Shown here: positions 1 to 13,268 of the stretch, in pieces | Layout: each line of letters begins with the position of its first letter | How positions within the stretch are numbered: position 1 is the stretch's first letter | Source of the DNA: Moniliella sp. 'wahieum' | Lineage: Eukaryota | DNA length: 64,000 nt | Direction: 5' to 3' | Assembly: GCA_003971905.1 (NCBI GenBank) | Contig: RSEE01000024.1 | Coordinates: 620,001 to 684,000, forward strand | The notes under the pieces: model-generated | What the model was told of the DNA's origin: nothing | The model's input: the letters and a program-made list of their open reading frames with translations, nothing else | Databases searched by the model: none | Position numbers and translations under genes: made by a program

Positions 1-1554
1 CCAATAGGCGCGAGGGACAACCCACGCCCTGGCCCCCAACGCTCCACCAAGGCCCTCGGCAAATTCAAGATCCTGCCCGATGGCGCTGATGTGCCATCTG
101 CCCCTCATCCACCACCCTCGGCCGACCCCGGTCCTTCCCCCGACGAAGACAGCAGCGACGACATGGACGACAACGACGAGCTCTCCGAGCAGCAGGCTTT
201 CCTTGACCGCATCCCCGAGGGATCCATGCGGCGCGATGCGCGCCGCCTCACCCGCAAGGCCCGTGCCGAGCTCCCCCGTGTTACGGCGTATTCCACCGCT
301 ACCTCCTACCGCATGGCCGACCTGGTTACCTGGCTCACCGCACGCAAGGCGACCCATCATACCAACCCAATGACGTTTGATGAGTGTGTCTATTCCACCT
401 ACACGTACAAAACCATGCAAGACATTCTCAGTGGCACCAATAAACCGCATCCTCCCCCCCTTCCCCAGGCTAGTGCGGACAACCATCCGCCTCCCCGTCG
501 CCCTCCACCTTACTGGCCTCCACCCACGGGCAATCTTATCGGAATTCCAGAACTGAGCGAGGAAGCTGAGGCTGAGGCGGAAGCTGAAGCGCAAGCTGAG
601 CTCGCGGACGAAACACACGCATTGCTCAGTGGCCATGCAACCGACTCTGCTACCGAGAGCGGGACAGATCACTGGGCAAATGGCTTTGGCTTTGGAGAGG
701 CGCGTGCTCTTGCCGTGGGCAAGGGGTTGGAACAGACCGTTAAACCGACCACCGAGGAAGCAGGCGAGCGCTTGGAGCATGCGCGGCGCCGTCGCCGCGA
801 GCGTTTCGCCGTTGACAACCATATTCCCGAGGTCTTTTTTATGGAGTACGGGGCGGTGGTTATTTGGGGTATGACAGAACATGAGGAGCATCGTTTACTC
901 CGAGAAATCCGCCGGTTCGAAGTGGAGCGGGTGGCATCCGATGACATTGAGTCGGAAGACCTAAACTGGTATTTGGCCGACTATTCCCGGATCTACAATG
1001 ATGTGATCACGCTGCGTAAGGGTAGTGGCTACATGACCAAACTTTCCCTTTCGCATGCTCTGGCTCAGTCGACCAAGATCTCGTTCTTTGAGGGGGTGAT
1101 TGACAACACAATTGACAGCACCAAGGATATTCCTCAATCGATCGCCGAGAGTGGTACCATTGGGCTCCCACCGAAGGATATCATGAAGCAGATTGGCCAC
1201 CTGTTCATCCTGCGTATGAATCTTCACCTTGTTGGCTCTATTGTCGACTCCCGAAATCTTTTGGGCACAACCTGATTTGGAACCGCTTTACTCGGCGGCT
1301 CGCTCCTATCTCGAAATTCCACAGCGGATCGATCTGCTCAACACGCGCGTGGAGGTGCTGCAAGACATGCTTCAACTACTTAAGGACCAAGTGTCCACGG
1401 TTCATTCCGAGTGGCTCGAAATTATCGTCATTGTGCTCATTATTGGGGAGATTGTGCTGGGTTGTGCGACCAGTATGTTGATATCTTTGTCATTTGCGTT
1501 ACAAAGTTGGATACTGACAGGACTGCTGTAGTGTTCGTCGACCTGTACGTTTGA
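1..1554 (+). CDS. RMD1/Sif2/Rmd8-family DUF155 protein, 5' truncated by the window edge; frameshift near 1250; intron 1473-1531
   Basis: Frame 1 is open from base 1 (GPQRSTKALGKFKILP). Family-typical segments RVTAYSTATSY, EVFFMEYGAVVIWGMT, KLSLSHALAQSTKISFFE, IFWAQPDLEPLYSAARSYLEIPQRIDLLN, EWLEIIVIVLI. Intron GTATGT..ACTGAC..TAG gives C-terminus MFVDLYV*. Confidence 0.88.
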
Positions 1555-2222
1555 GTAGAGCTTTCCCCTCCTCCGTTTTCCCTCTGTATACCAATTATTT
1601 TTATCTTTTCCTGCTCCATATCAACGTTCCTGCTCCATGTCAACGTATCAGACTTGTACATTTTGTGCTTTCTGCATTCAGGGCCATTCACTCCGGTCCC
1701 ACGATGCAGCTGATGATCCGCGGCTCAGACGCCTACAACTTTGTACATCCTTGTCGTCTGCTCGAGCGTGCAATTTTCTGTGGGTGCGCTCAAATACCGG
1801 GATGACCATGTTGAGCCGCAACCTTCACACATTGCAACCGTAAAAACCAAAAAATGGTCGGATACCTTCAACTGTCGCGGGCCAGGAAGTGGCCACGGCT
1901 GAGTGAGCGCTCACGGTGAGCCTCACGCCGAGGTAGGCATGGCGAGGTACCACGGCTTGAAGAATCAAGCACAAAGGAAGGTCCAAAAGATTGAGGCAGC
2001 ACCGCGCTAAGGATTCTTCATGGCGAGAGAGAGTTGGGTGGCCAAGACAGGCGAGCAGGTGCCCGAAGGCGTCTTTAGGATATTACACTACGGCAGAGTG
2101 ACCTCGACACTCAATATTCAATGCAAGACAGCAGTGTGCGCTTGCAAGGAGGCCACGCCGGGTCGTTGCAGCCCACTGCAATTCCAAAAGGAGGGAAGGA
2201 TGAGGCTGTCATTCATGGGCTC

Positions 2223-5118
2223 AGCAGCTGGCAAGAGGAAGAGCCAGTGTCACATGTCACGGCCGTCATTTTTCGTACATACACCACCGCAGAGGTCTCT
2301 TGGGAGCATATATATCACGTGTTGGGACCCGCGATCCTGTACATATTAGGCCAAGACACCTTAGGCTTTATCACCCTTTGCCCCTTACTTGACCTCCGAA
2401 GCCTTCACGTCTATACTCAGACTTGTTTGAACCCTTGTCTCCTCTAGGTGTGGCATAAGACTTAGACCGAACCACCACCACCGCGATTGCATTGCTCTAC
2501 ATTTCCAGAGGTTCATCACCCAACCCCTTGGATTCCTCCGGTCGTACATTACGACGACGGCATACCGACCCATTATTGCTGGCTATTGCGTAGCCACTCC
2601 GCCGCAGCCTGCCCCCAGTCCCAGCGCATCTGGAGCGAGTCACGAGGACCGTTGGTGTTAGGGAACCATTGCACTTGGCTCGGCACATGCAGGCAGGCGC
2701 CCGAGGCGAGAGAAAGGGGGACATCCGTTGGTTCTCCACATAGCCTGCGCCTTGCCAGAAAGGAGCAAAAGTGGCGTCTGTTGTTTCTCTGTCCATCCCG
2801 TTCGGGTCGAGCAACCCAGCGGTGAGTACTTGGCCCGTTTGCACATCAACGGGTCCGGCTTGTAACGCAACGATTCGCATCTCGTAAGGCGAACGAGCAT
2901 GTCGCCAATCCAGAACATGTGGGGACAAGGATCCCCACTTTCTTAACTTCGCATCCGGTACAAAATCGGGAACGCAACGTGCGAAAGACCCATGCCATTT
3001 GGCCTGATGGGCTACAACCCTTGGTTGTTCTGGTTGTTCCTTACGGTAGACCCAACCGGGAATAAGGTAAGGCGCAAACATCCTCCCATTCGAGGTTGCA
3101 CCAAACCAAAGCGGTCGGACTCGTTCATGAAATTCCCATATTCCTGCAAGCCATGCTTCATTGGCCGAGCCGCGCCTTAACACGACTTGTAGTTCTTGAG
3201 AATCCAGATGTGGGAATCAGACGAACAATCAGAGCGGGAGGAAATGGTGAGCGATCGCTGAATGAGTCAATAAAGAATTTCAGCGTTGACGTCCCTGACG
3301 TGCCAATCGGATGGAATGACATGAAGGTCGGATCCTCTGCGAGAGATCGTGTCAGTCAACTGTGTGTTGCACGTGGAGGCCGAGATGCACATACAGGAAG
3401 CGTTGTAAGGAAGGGGTAGGCTCCAGGGGGGGTCGATGGCTGGAGGGAGAAGTTGACAATTTGGTCCGGGTGAGTAAGGCCGTACTTGTGCGGATTGCCA
3501 AGCATCTGCTCAAATGACCATACTTTTTTGTGTGGTTTGGCGGTCAATCGCCAGGAGATTGCCTGTTCCCCCGAGGAGGAAAATATATGGTCATCGCCAG
3601 CAAATTGCACTTCGACAAAATCTCTGCAAGTTGCACACTGATTGTTAGTAAAACTCCTCGAACTGCGGAAGGGATAACGATCATACTCGTGGGGTAAACT
3701 TGATCCACTTGGTGAAAGGAAACTCATTCGTCTTCTGTCTAGTGAGCATGCGAATGTGTACAATTTGTACGATGCATCCCTTTGGTATAAGAAGTCAGCA
3801 TGGCAACGCAAATAGGTACATGAAACGTACGCAATGAAGAGGTGTGACCAATCAATGGCGGGGTGAAGCACGATAAGAAAGCATCACTTTGGGCAACCAG
3901 CTGGTGTCAGTGTCCGTGTCGTAAACATCTATTTTGCACTCAAAGTGAATCGATCCGTCATCAAACCGACGCGAGATACACCATAGCCCACATTTTGTCC
4001 CGATATCTGCCTTTGCTTTGCCCTTCCATGAGAAATGGGAAGTCAGAACCGGCTAGCAACAAGTTTCGGAATTGAAGAGAGTACTTACCTCGGAAGACCC
4101 AAACTAGCCACCCGCCAGTCTTGACCATATTGCACGCCGTGTTTCAGCCCAAGCAACATCCTCCGGCGGACAAGTATACAGCCAGGTTGTGCGTCCCGTT
4201 TCCAGTCTACGCTACAACGGCAAGCTCTCCTGGTCGGCTGAGGGGAGGAAAAACCAAAAAACGTGCGATCATCCGCTGAGAAAAGACTGAGGGGCGATAA
4301 TGAAAACCCAGTCCCCAAACAATGGGTTTGATGGACTCTAGTTGAGCGTGCGGATCAACCTCGGAAGAGTGCGTTGGTGCGTTGCCGAGGGCGAATGGGG
4401 CGTTCCCGAGGAGGCACGTATTCGCCCAAAATATTCCAGCCAAAGTGCCATTCGATCATGTCAAGGTACACGACAAAAGCGTACCATGATTGGGAAGGGG
4501 GCAAACATCGGCGCGAATACTGGCCGCTTCCAGCTCCATTTCAAGGATGGAACAAGGCCGGTGCGCAGAGCCAGAGCATGCCAAACGTAGTCATTCATTA
4601 GCGCGTGGTGCAATGCTGGCAACAAAAGAACCCAAAAGTCAGCTTAATTGGTATACTCTCAAAGGGAGCTTTTGGAAATACCCACCTTGTTTGTCTGTGA
4701 GAGGCGGACCCATCCGCAGGAGCGAGAACCCCAAGAGGGATGCGATGTGGTAAAGGATTTCGACCGGTAGGGACACGAGGGTAGGGCGTGGAGGGGCGAT
4801 AGCCAAGCCCTGCACCTCCTCCCGGGGGTAGGGAACGAGGGAGAGCAGGCAATTGGAGCATGTGGCCGTCGGGAGGGAGTGCTGGCGGAGGGAGGAGAGG
4901 TATTAGGGTGAGGGCGATGGGCGGTGTGGACATACGCCAACAGGAGCCAAAATCAGCAAGGCGGGGCGGCACTGCGCTGGGGGAACACGGGGCATGCACG
5001 CTGGCATGTTTTGACCAGCGGGGATGTGATTACAGGGGTTGCAATTTGGGTGTTATTGCCAAGCCACGCGGCGGCTGGATGGCGGATGATTGAGGGCGAG
5101 GATCGAGGGTAAGGATCG
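2223..5118 (-). repeat. Inverted duplicate (copy 1) of 14646-17473, covering promoter, F-box gene and 3' flank
   Basis: Reverse complement aligns by eye along the whole length, e.g. both copies encode LRRGSANEAWLAGIWEFHER and share gtacgaaaaatga...tgacactggctcttcct downstream. Confidence 0.95.
2573..4860 (-). pseudogene. F-box protein with PQQ-like beta-propeller repeats, copy 1; many frameshifts (pseudogene or sequencing errors); start approximate
   Basis: Paralogous to 15002-17344, with the same introns (GTGGGT and GTAAGT donors) and stop TAA at 2573-2575. Reading frame is broken by numerous 1-nt deletions. Confidence 0.7.
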
Positions 5119-5123
5119 TTGCA

Positions 5124-5246
5124 TGCTGGGCTGAAGGTTGCGAAGCATCGTGCATGAGAGGGTGCTGAAGCTGCGGGGAGGCGCCTGGGCCTGCGACGCC
5201 AGCTGGGCCTGTTCAATCTGCGCCCGCAGCGCCGCCCGGTGTGCGT
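5124..5246 (-). repeat. Displaced ~125 bp copy of CBK1 5' coding sequence (17822-17948)
   Basis: Reverse complement reads gcggcgctgcgggcgcagattgaacaggcccagctggcgtcgcaggcccaggcgcctcc...caccctctcatgcacgatgct, near-identical to CBK1 ([20 protein letters not shown]). Confidence 0.95.
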
Positions 5247-5577
5247 GGCAGGCCAACTACTGGAATCTTGCGTCTCACTGTCGCTGCCATACAATAAAAC
5301 ACGGCGTCTACACCTCACCACTATCGGAGGCACCTACAATCGCATCTCCGGAGTTCACAGCTGGCGTGTATTTAAGATGAGACCGGGCGGGTCAAACTGC
5401 AAGTCCTGTGCATCTTGTCGTTATTCCGACGAATGTCCGTAGTGCGTCGATCGTGCTGCATCATCGCGTGCGTTATAAAAATGTCCTCTGTTCTCGTCGC
5501 GTGCACAGGTTCTGAACCGAGTAATAAAAGCCATGGCGAGCTTGAGAACTTGGCTCGCCGACTTGGCTTGACAGAGC

Positions 5578-6103
5578 TTAGCTCGAGGGCTTAATCGTGA
5601 AGAGAGGACTCTCGTTGCCCGAGGTTCCCACCACATTGATAATGTAGTCATCACGTTCTTCCAGATCCGTGGGCAGGGTGACGGTAAAGTAGCCCTGGGT
5701 GTAGGGCAATTCAGGTTGACCACTGGGGTTCCACAGGGGCCAGTAGAGGTGCGCTCCACCGGAATCGTTTTTCAGCTGGTAGCCCAGCTTGATGGCCGCC
5801 ACAGATTGACCTTGCTCTTCGGGAGGGATGTTGTCCGTCTCCCTGGTGGTATACACCGCCCCGAATCAGAGGTTGGTCAGCTCAATACCAGGATTATGCT
5901 ACAGAGGATGAGAACATGTACGTACCATGCCACGTAGAGGATGGCCAGCATACGCCACCTGGCCCGCGTGCGGGGTGGTTACGGGGGATTCCAGGAGAGG
6001 GTTTGGCCAAGTTGAGCGAAGGGATGGGCGTAGCAGAAACAAAAGCGGTGCCGGTGGCGATGGCACTTAGAAAAGCGACAGTGACGATGGGGGTGGCGAG
6101 CAT
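5578..6103 (-). CDS. Small secreted protein with Kre9/Knh1-like (Ser-Thr-rich GPI family) Ig-like domain; one intron; frameshifts in exon 1
   Basis: Signal peptide MLATPIVTVAFLSAIATGTAFVSA. Motifs WNPP.TTP, VAWETDNIP, KLGY, TVTLPTDLEERDDYIINVVGTSGNESPLFTI. Intron GTACGT..GCTGAC..CAG. Confidence 0.7.
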
Positions 6104-6381
6104 ACTGTGGGAAGGGCGAAAAGTAAGGGTGGGGAGTACGACGATGGAAGATACAGGGAGGTGTTTGTTTATGAGCAACAAGGAAGCGGGGGATGAGATG
6201 GAGGTGTTAGCGGCAGCGACGCCATAGGGGGTGAAGTCTTATATAGACAGGCCTTTGACTCCGAACACCGGAGTCCGGCGTATGGGAGTGGATAGGATAG
6301 CGTTGCTACGGCGGGGAATGCGCGGACTTTTGTGGTCGTGGCCTGTGGAACACCGTCGCCCTCGCATACGATCCCTGGAAG

Positions 6382-6621
6382 CTTGAAGCTTGATGGACGA
6401 CAGACACTCAGCCATGCCGACAAAAAGCGAGTGCTCAGCCCTTAACTAATGAGTCCCGCCGCTACGCGCCAACCTCAAACCCCGTCCGCATAATGGCGAA
6501 CAACGGGGAGCTCTGCCCCCAGTAATAGCACCACACCGCTTCTCCTGACAGGCGGACCCTCTGCCCTATTTGCTGTCCCCTCGAACGAGATCAAGCTTCA
6601 AGCTTCAAGCTTCAAGCCTCA
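6382..6621. repeat. TNA+palindrome heptamer arrays: CT-TGA-AGCT-TGA (6382-6393) and (TCAAGCT)x3-TCAAGCC-TCA (6591-6621)
   Basis: Read directly from the sequence. Confidence 0.95.
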
Positions 6622-6668
6622 ATATGCAAGCGTGGGATTCATAACAAGGTTCACGGGAAGAAGATGAG

Positions 6669-9600
6669 CTAGGTCGTAGACAGCTTCGAGTAGCTCGGCG
6701 GTGCCAATCGGCGCTTGATCGCCATGATCGCGTACAGGGGAAACGAGCTAATGGCAACAATCAAGGACACCTTCCACAGGAACTGGAGGGTAAGGACAAA
6801 ACGCAAGTCGAAGAACTCGGGGAGGAATACAATGCTGATGCAGTAGAGCACCAGTGTCGCTACTTCAGAAATCACCATATAAAGGTGCCTGCGGAGGATA
6901 ACGCGGTTAGTATCCTCAAATGTTGGTCAGAGAGGGGGAGAGAGACGAACCAGGTAGTGATTTCGAGTGCAACCATGATGAGCTCGTTAAACACAAGTGC
7001 GGTGAAAGAGATGGAGACAATGTTGAGGAACTCATTCTCGAACAATGCCAAGGAGGCGATCATGATGGCGCCACCTTGGTAGATAGAGATCATAAGCCAC
7101 TCAGTAAACGTTTACTCGACAGAGATCGCCCTTTTGTCAAGTCTTTATACAGCTCGGGGTACATGAGCGACATGTCTTCGCTCACGTCACGGTCGAGGAC
7201 GAGAGAAAAGACGGGGGCCATAGTGTAAATGGTAGCATAACCAACCATGAGCCAGCCTTGATATAATGCAATGGGGGCGAAGTAAAAGATAGCGCTGAAG
7301 ACGGCTTGCATGACACTGATGATCAGACCCCGATGAATGACAAATTGGGCGAGCTTGGCGCTGCGCTTATACGAGTTACGCCCGTGCCAAACCAAAAGGC
7401 GGGTGAGATGGGAAAATTGGGTTAGACTAAAGTCGGCCGCTAAAGACGCTTGCTTGCCTTCCTTGCCCACAATTCCCAGCCCCACATTGGCCGCTTGAAT
7501 CATGGCCACATCATTCCCGCCATCGCCAATGCAACAGACCCGCTTCTGGGTAAATTCCTTGATCAGTCGCGCCACATCTGCTTTTTGCTGGGGACTACAC
7601 CGACAGGCCACCACAGCACTAAGTTGAGTCGCCACCTCGATAAACTCGGTGGCCAAGTCGGGCTGTTCGGGAGTCAGAAGCTGGTGCAAGCTGTCCCCAT
7701 CAATGACAAGGCAGCAATCTAACTTGGTCCGCAGGATCGACAGGGCATCTCGGGCTGCCTGCGCATGAGGGAGCTTCTGGACAGTGTGAATGTACTGATT
7801 GCGCGCCACCAGACGAGAGCTGATGGCAATGCATGTCGCCGTCTCAATTTTATCACCCGTCAGCATCCAAATCTTGATCCCACCGTTGCGAAGCAGCTCG
7901 AGTGTGGCCTTGACTCCAACCTGTAGCTTATCCTCCACTCCCGTCAGACCCAAGAGTTCGAGCTGGTACTCGAGGTGTTGGGATATCACCGTCGCCATCG
8001 CCTCGTTTCGGTCCTCGAGTTGTAGCTTGGCTTGCTTGTAAGCATATTCAAACGATGCCCATGCCTCAGCACTCAGCTTTTTGCGTCCAATAACGAGCGT
8101 GCGCAAGCCTTCGCGGGCCATGTTTCCGGTCTCCTCATCCAGCCAATCGTTCACCGCCACAATCTTCGTCATGACCACATCTGCCCCCTTCTGATAGAAA
8201 GTAACTTCGCCCGAGCGCTCATCGCGAATGACAATCCCCATACGCTTGCTCTCACTGCTGAAGGGGAAGATCTCGAGGATGCGAAAGCGATACAGTTGAC
8301 CATTGCTTGCTGCCCGGAGTGTCAAATTGGTCCGGTCACGGTACACAAGCGTGAGGCCAATACTTTCGGTCCAGCGTACAATGGCCACTTCATCAGGTGA
8401 CGAAGCTTGGTAGGTAATCTGGGGTTCGTCCTCCTCCCCCACTCCCCCATCATCCCCGTCCTCAATTACTGGAGTGACATTGTGGCAGAGAGCGAGAGCC
8501 AAGGCAAGGTCCTTGACACGTTGGCTCATATCGCGCCTGGTGCGCGGCACATAGTGCTGCCCTCCCGAGATAGAGCGGTCTTGCTTTTTCTGAGCCGCCT
8601 TGCTGCTCTTACCCGTCCCGGCAGGTGTATCGTCGAGCGAAAGCGCAAGCGCCAGTTGCGTTGCCACCTCATCAAAGGCATCATATCCGTAGCTCATTGT
8701 ACCCAGGTGGAGCTTACGAAGCTCCATCTCGTTCTGGGTCAACGTCCCTGTCTTGTCCGAGAGGAGGTATTCGATCCGCCCCAGTTCTTCAGGCAAAGTG
8801 CTGGTTCGTACCACCGTCCCAGGGATGTCTGGATCTGACATGATCTGCCGCCCATAGACCGTCTTGCCCATGTCCAAGTTGACACGGAGCGAGATGGGGA
8901 TGATACTGCTAAAGAGGATGAGGAAACGGAAAATGTAGACCCACCACTCGCCACGGAAACCATTGAAGGCAACCAAGGAAATAGATAACGTGAACGTGAC
9001 GCAAGCGAGAATCTTCGACAAGCGGTTGATCTCAAGGTCCAGCAACCCAACTTTCGTCTCGGGGTGGGATGTATTCATCACCGCACGAGTCTCACTGCCG
9101 GTGTAGACCACCATACCGACCACACTACCAGCCGCAAGGACAGTGTTAGACCAGAGCATGTTCTCCGACGTCAAAGGAACCACCAACGGATGAGGGTTCA
9201 TCGCAATCGTCGAGCCAGGGCGATTGGCACCGTCTTTCCGCATAGCTGCGCTGGCCTCAATGTCCTCGCTAGCCCGGCGCCCGAGAAGGTCCCCTGCCGA
9301 GTGATGAGTCGTCTCTGCACGTGGAGCCGAGTGGGGGAATTGAAGAGACGCCGAATCGCTCGTGTCTAGATCAGGATGGAGAGTAAAATTGCCCACAAAC
9401 GTGTGGATATCCTTAATAGGGGGTCCAGCATAGAGTGAGGCGCGGTCCGTAAGAGAGACAAGCTCATCGTTAGTCATACTCTGGTGCACTCGACCGCCAC
9501 ACGGAGCTTCCAATCCGTTTCTCCGTCCAGCTGGTCCGTGCGGATAAAGCAGGTGCCTCCATCGGCGCCATCGCTCCCGTTCTGTTCGCGATCCTCCTCT

Positions 9601-10647
9601 TGCTCGGCAGCCTTGGCATCCTCTGCCTCCTGCTCTTCGTTTACACGCAAAGGGGGTTCGGGGGTGTCCAACTGGTCTAGGTCATCGTCCAGGGCGAACT
9701 GCAGTTCTCCGTCGCCGGGAAGGCGTTGTGGTGCGCCAGAGTGAGGAGGGTCATTGACTTCGGCGGGATGATGATGAGAGGCATGGTGGTCCCCACTGGC
9801 AGTGCGAAGCAGGAGTAGATCAGCCGGTACGCGATCGTTCTTCTCGAGTACGACTAAATCGCCTACCTTGAGTGCACTGCTGGGAACAGCAAGAAAGGCC
9901 GCATGCTCTTCATCCCCATCAAGCGGAAGCTGAACGCCAGCAGACCGATTCAAGCGGGCAGCAGCCTTGCGCGCTGACTTGGGCACCAATCGGGCCGGGA
10001 GCAAGGTACGATATGGCTGCGAGTTGCTCTCGCATCACGGGGTAGCGTGCCACATCGTCCAATGCTTCCTTGCCAATAGTGACAGCCAAAACAAATGAAA
10101 GAGGCGCAATATAGGTTACCAAGAAGCCAATCTTGAGTGCGGGGATGAACTGGCTGAGAGCGACAAGCAAAAAGTACAGGTTGAAGAAGAACTTGAACTG
10201 CTCGTAGAGAACCATAGGGAGGAAGGTAAAGACGTTGTACTTTTGATTGCAGACCACATTGCGTGCAAATGCCCCGTGCTTCTTGGTGTAGCCTTCGAGT
10301 GGTGCCACTGTGCGCCCAGTGGACAAGGTGCTTGGGCCCCGCGGGAAGAGGCGCTGCCACCAGGGTGAAAGGCGAGACTTTGCGGCAGGATCATCCTGGC
10401 CTGAAGCAGGCGTCGAAGTAGAGGCGGCCATGGAAGTAAAAACATCGGGCTGCGAGGCCACGCGTAACGGGGAGACAGAAGCAGGGAGGGAGTCGGGGTA
10501 ATTGGGTTCGGCATCGAGAGGGTCCGCGCCGGGTTCGGCGGATGTGCCGAGCAGGCCAACACGCTCCTCGTCGGTCAGGTCGTCGTAGCGCGCTGAGGGG
10601 CGGCCGCGGCGGTAGGCCCCGCCATAGCCGCGTGGCGGCGAAGACAT
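6669..10647 (-). CDS. NEO1: P4-type ATPase phospholipid flippase, Neo1 subfamily; intron 6888-6950; frameshifts near 10000-10040, 9480-9500 and 7110
   Basis: [41 protein letters not shown], phosphorylation motif [32 protein letters not shown]-terminal PPSYSKL. Confidence 0.95.
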
Positions 10648-11385
10648 GTCGGGGGGACCGGCAGGACAGGGAGTGCGGTGGTGGTGGCGAAGGTGGTGGC
10701 GATGGTGCGTGGTAGCCAGATTGAAGCTTGAACGCACGCTGCGGCCGATCAGGTGTGCTAACCACAAGCGAGCCTGGTGCATCCGCCACTGAATCGCATT
10801 CGGTGCAAATCCACACCGGGCCTCGGAGGGTTGAATGTTTCAAGGGTGGTCAACGCAGCAGTGCCGGGTGGATGCTTGCGCTGCCGACAGCACCCGAGAC
10901 TGACCTCGGTGTGGGACGACCACTCGTTGCCAATGTTGCAGCGCCCGGTGGAGGCGCGGGCCCCATCCTCACCATCCTCATCGCCAACCCCCCCCACTAC
11001 CCCACCGCCGCTATCGCCACCTGCCGTTGCTAGAGGTCTCATGAGATGTGCCTTTTCCTTGGACGCGGCCGGGCCCAGATGTCCATAGTAGCCCGGAAGC
11101 ACCCCGTAGCTCGTTGAACGCTGAACGAGCCACATCTATACGACACGCTTCTCTTTGACTGAGACGGAGTGTGCGCTGGTCGCGCTCAGCGCTTGGCTTA
11201 AAAGTTACTAGGGCCAGTAAGCAGGCCGTATTTGTGGCCAATCTTACCTCCATCTCGGGTGCCAGATGCATCCACTTTAAAAAAGTTTCGCCAACGGCAA
11301 GGCCGAGATTGTCTCTTTGGCCTATGCCGCGGCCAATGTAGGTCGCATGCCTGTGAGATAATGGTGGCCAGGAAGGAAGCTCATA

Positions 11386-12803
11386 TCAAGTGAGTACCCG
11401 CCGGATTGCATCTCTCGCTTCCTCACCCGGGAGACGAGCAGTCTTTAAGGTAATTGGGCAGGTGTCGACATGCTCGAGGTGAGTGAGGGCACACGAATAG
11501 CAAAACGCATACCCGGTCCGAAGCAATGCAGGGTTGGCGATCGGGGTACGACCACAGATACCACAGGCATTGTACAAAAGTGTGGCCGAGTGGTGTCCCG
11601 CGGGCCAGGGCTTGTGGATGGGTCATCGCCTCCTCGCCCATATCCGTTTCATGCACCCCCTCTCCTGGAACAGCCTTGATCACGGGGGCAACAAAGCCGT
11701 CCATGGGCTCATACAAGATCCCATTCCCATCGGGGAGCAAGGGCTTCGGGGGAAAGAGCGGCACGTTGGACCCGTACCCACCCAATTCGATGCTTCCCGC
11801 CACCACCCAAACTTCCTTCCGCCCCATCCCCTCCTGTTCGCCGCCGCGGAGATTCCGCGCTGTACCACCACTCAAAAACTTGAATCCAAAGATTGCCGCA
11901 GGGAGAAGGTACTGAGCGACTCAAAGAGAAGGCAAAGGGGAGGCTCGCAGGGCTCGGCGCAGACCTTCTCTAGGACGCCGCACAAGGGAGCAGCTCCGAG
12001 AGACACCATCGGGAAGAAATGAGGCAGAGAGTTGATCCTGCGTTAAGTCAGTTCTCAGAACCATACGAGCGGAAAGAACTACAGACCTGATCATCCGGGC
12101 CCAAGCGGCGAATATCAATCCGCATCCACTTAAACCATGGGCGCCAGTGGGGGATGCGATCGAACAGGTAGGCCATGTGATAGACCAGGAGCCAAGCCTG
12201 GTACCCCACCTGGGCATAAGGATAGCCGTGATAGAAGCAAGACTTCAACCTGGCTTGTACACGCTCCCGTCGACTAGTGTTGCCGACGGCAGTAGCAGGG
12301 CGTTGGGATGCAATGGGGGAAGAGGGGGCATCTGAGTCACCTTCGTCCTCGTTGTCACCGAAAAGAACCTCGTCGCTAGGGAGCCCTCCGCCCATGCGTT
12401 CCCACAAAGTATGTGCCTTGGCAGCCAGGTAAGGAAGGCCGACAAGGAACAGAAGGGAGAGGTTGATTTCGCGTGGGCGCAGCTGTTCATGCTTGAGCTG
12501 GGTGGCGCGGGACTGGTGACTGTTGGCGTTAATGACACCGGGACGCCGGCGGCGCTTGAGTGAGTAAAAGTGCTCGGAGAAGGAGGCACCCCAGGTCTTG
12601 AGGTAGTGGCGCTCAACAAGGAAGAGAGCAAGGGCATAGGCTTCGTCAAACTTGTTGGCGAACCGCAGGAGCAGACCGGCACGTCGCTGTGCGAGGACAA
12701 CGACAATGTAGCGCAGGGCTGGGCCAAGGAGAGAGCGGAGCTGTTCGGATGCGTATAGCTCAAAGAATGATGGCCGCAGTGGATCGACGGGGATGTCGGA
12801 CAT
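11386..12803 (-). CDS. PEX12: Peroxin 12 (Pex2/Pex12 N-terminal domain plus degenerate RING); intron 12038-12086; frameshifts in the 3' half
   Basis: PSFFELYASEQLRSLLGPALRY, VERHYLKTWGASFSEHFYSLKR, FEWWYS, CGICGRTPIANPALLRTGYAFCYSC..TCPIT. Confidence 0.93.
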
Positions 12804-12863
12804 GGCGGTGGTTGTGCAGAAGGACGAGCCAAGCGGCACTTGCAGCGTTGCGTTGAAGTTGAT

Positions 12864-12882
12864 GTTTAACGTTTAACGTTTA
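12864..12882. repeat. Heptamer array GT-(TTA ACGT)x2-TTA upstream of PEX12
   Basis: Read directly from the sequence. Confidence 0.9.
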
Positions 12883-13268
12883 TCCTGTGTACACGACCCG
12901 GCCCCCTCTACCCAACGAGCCACTCCACACAATCTGAAAGCGGCCCCAGCCCCCCGCGGTGCGACCGCCAAATAGGACCGAATCCCCCGGGGCGGAATTT
13001 GTTCCGGGCCATGGCACCCGGCTACCTTTGCCGGCCCGCGCTTGTTCGATTATTTGCTTGCAGTCAAAAAGTTGGTGTGCTAGCTACTCTTGTACTGGTG
13101 CTTGCACATCTACTTTTCCCTCGCTCCCTCTCTGGTATATCTTGGGCGCACACTGGAGGTCTAACAAAAAAATCGCAATGAGCACGAAGAAACAGGGTTA
13201 TATATGCACTTCAGGAAGCGGCCTGGGTGCTGAAAGGTATGGAGGGTACAAAGAAGAGAAAAAACGGC

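Noticed and set aside
2248..2259. Tc1/Tc5-style excision footprint made of fixed transposon terminal bases
   Set aside because: A fixed terminus would give one palindrome. Here at least 14 occur and they match the flanking host bases.
9480..10040. Programmed frameshifting in NEO1 and other genes
   Set aside because: No common slippery motif, and breaks are scattered at short homopolymers across many genes, as expected for sequencing error.
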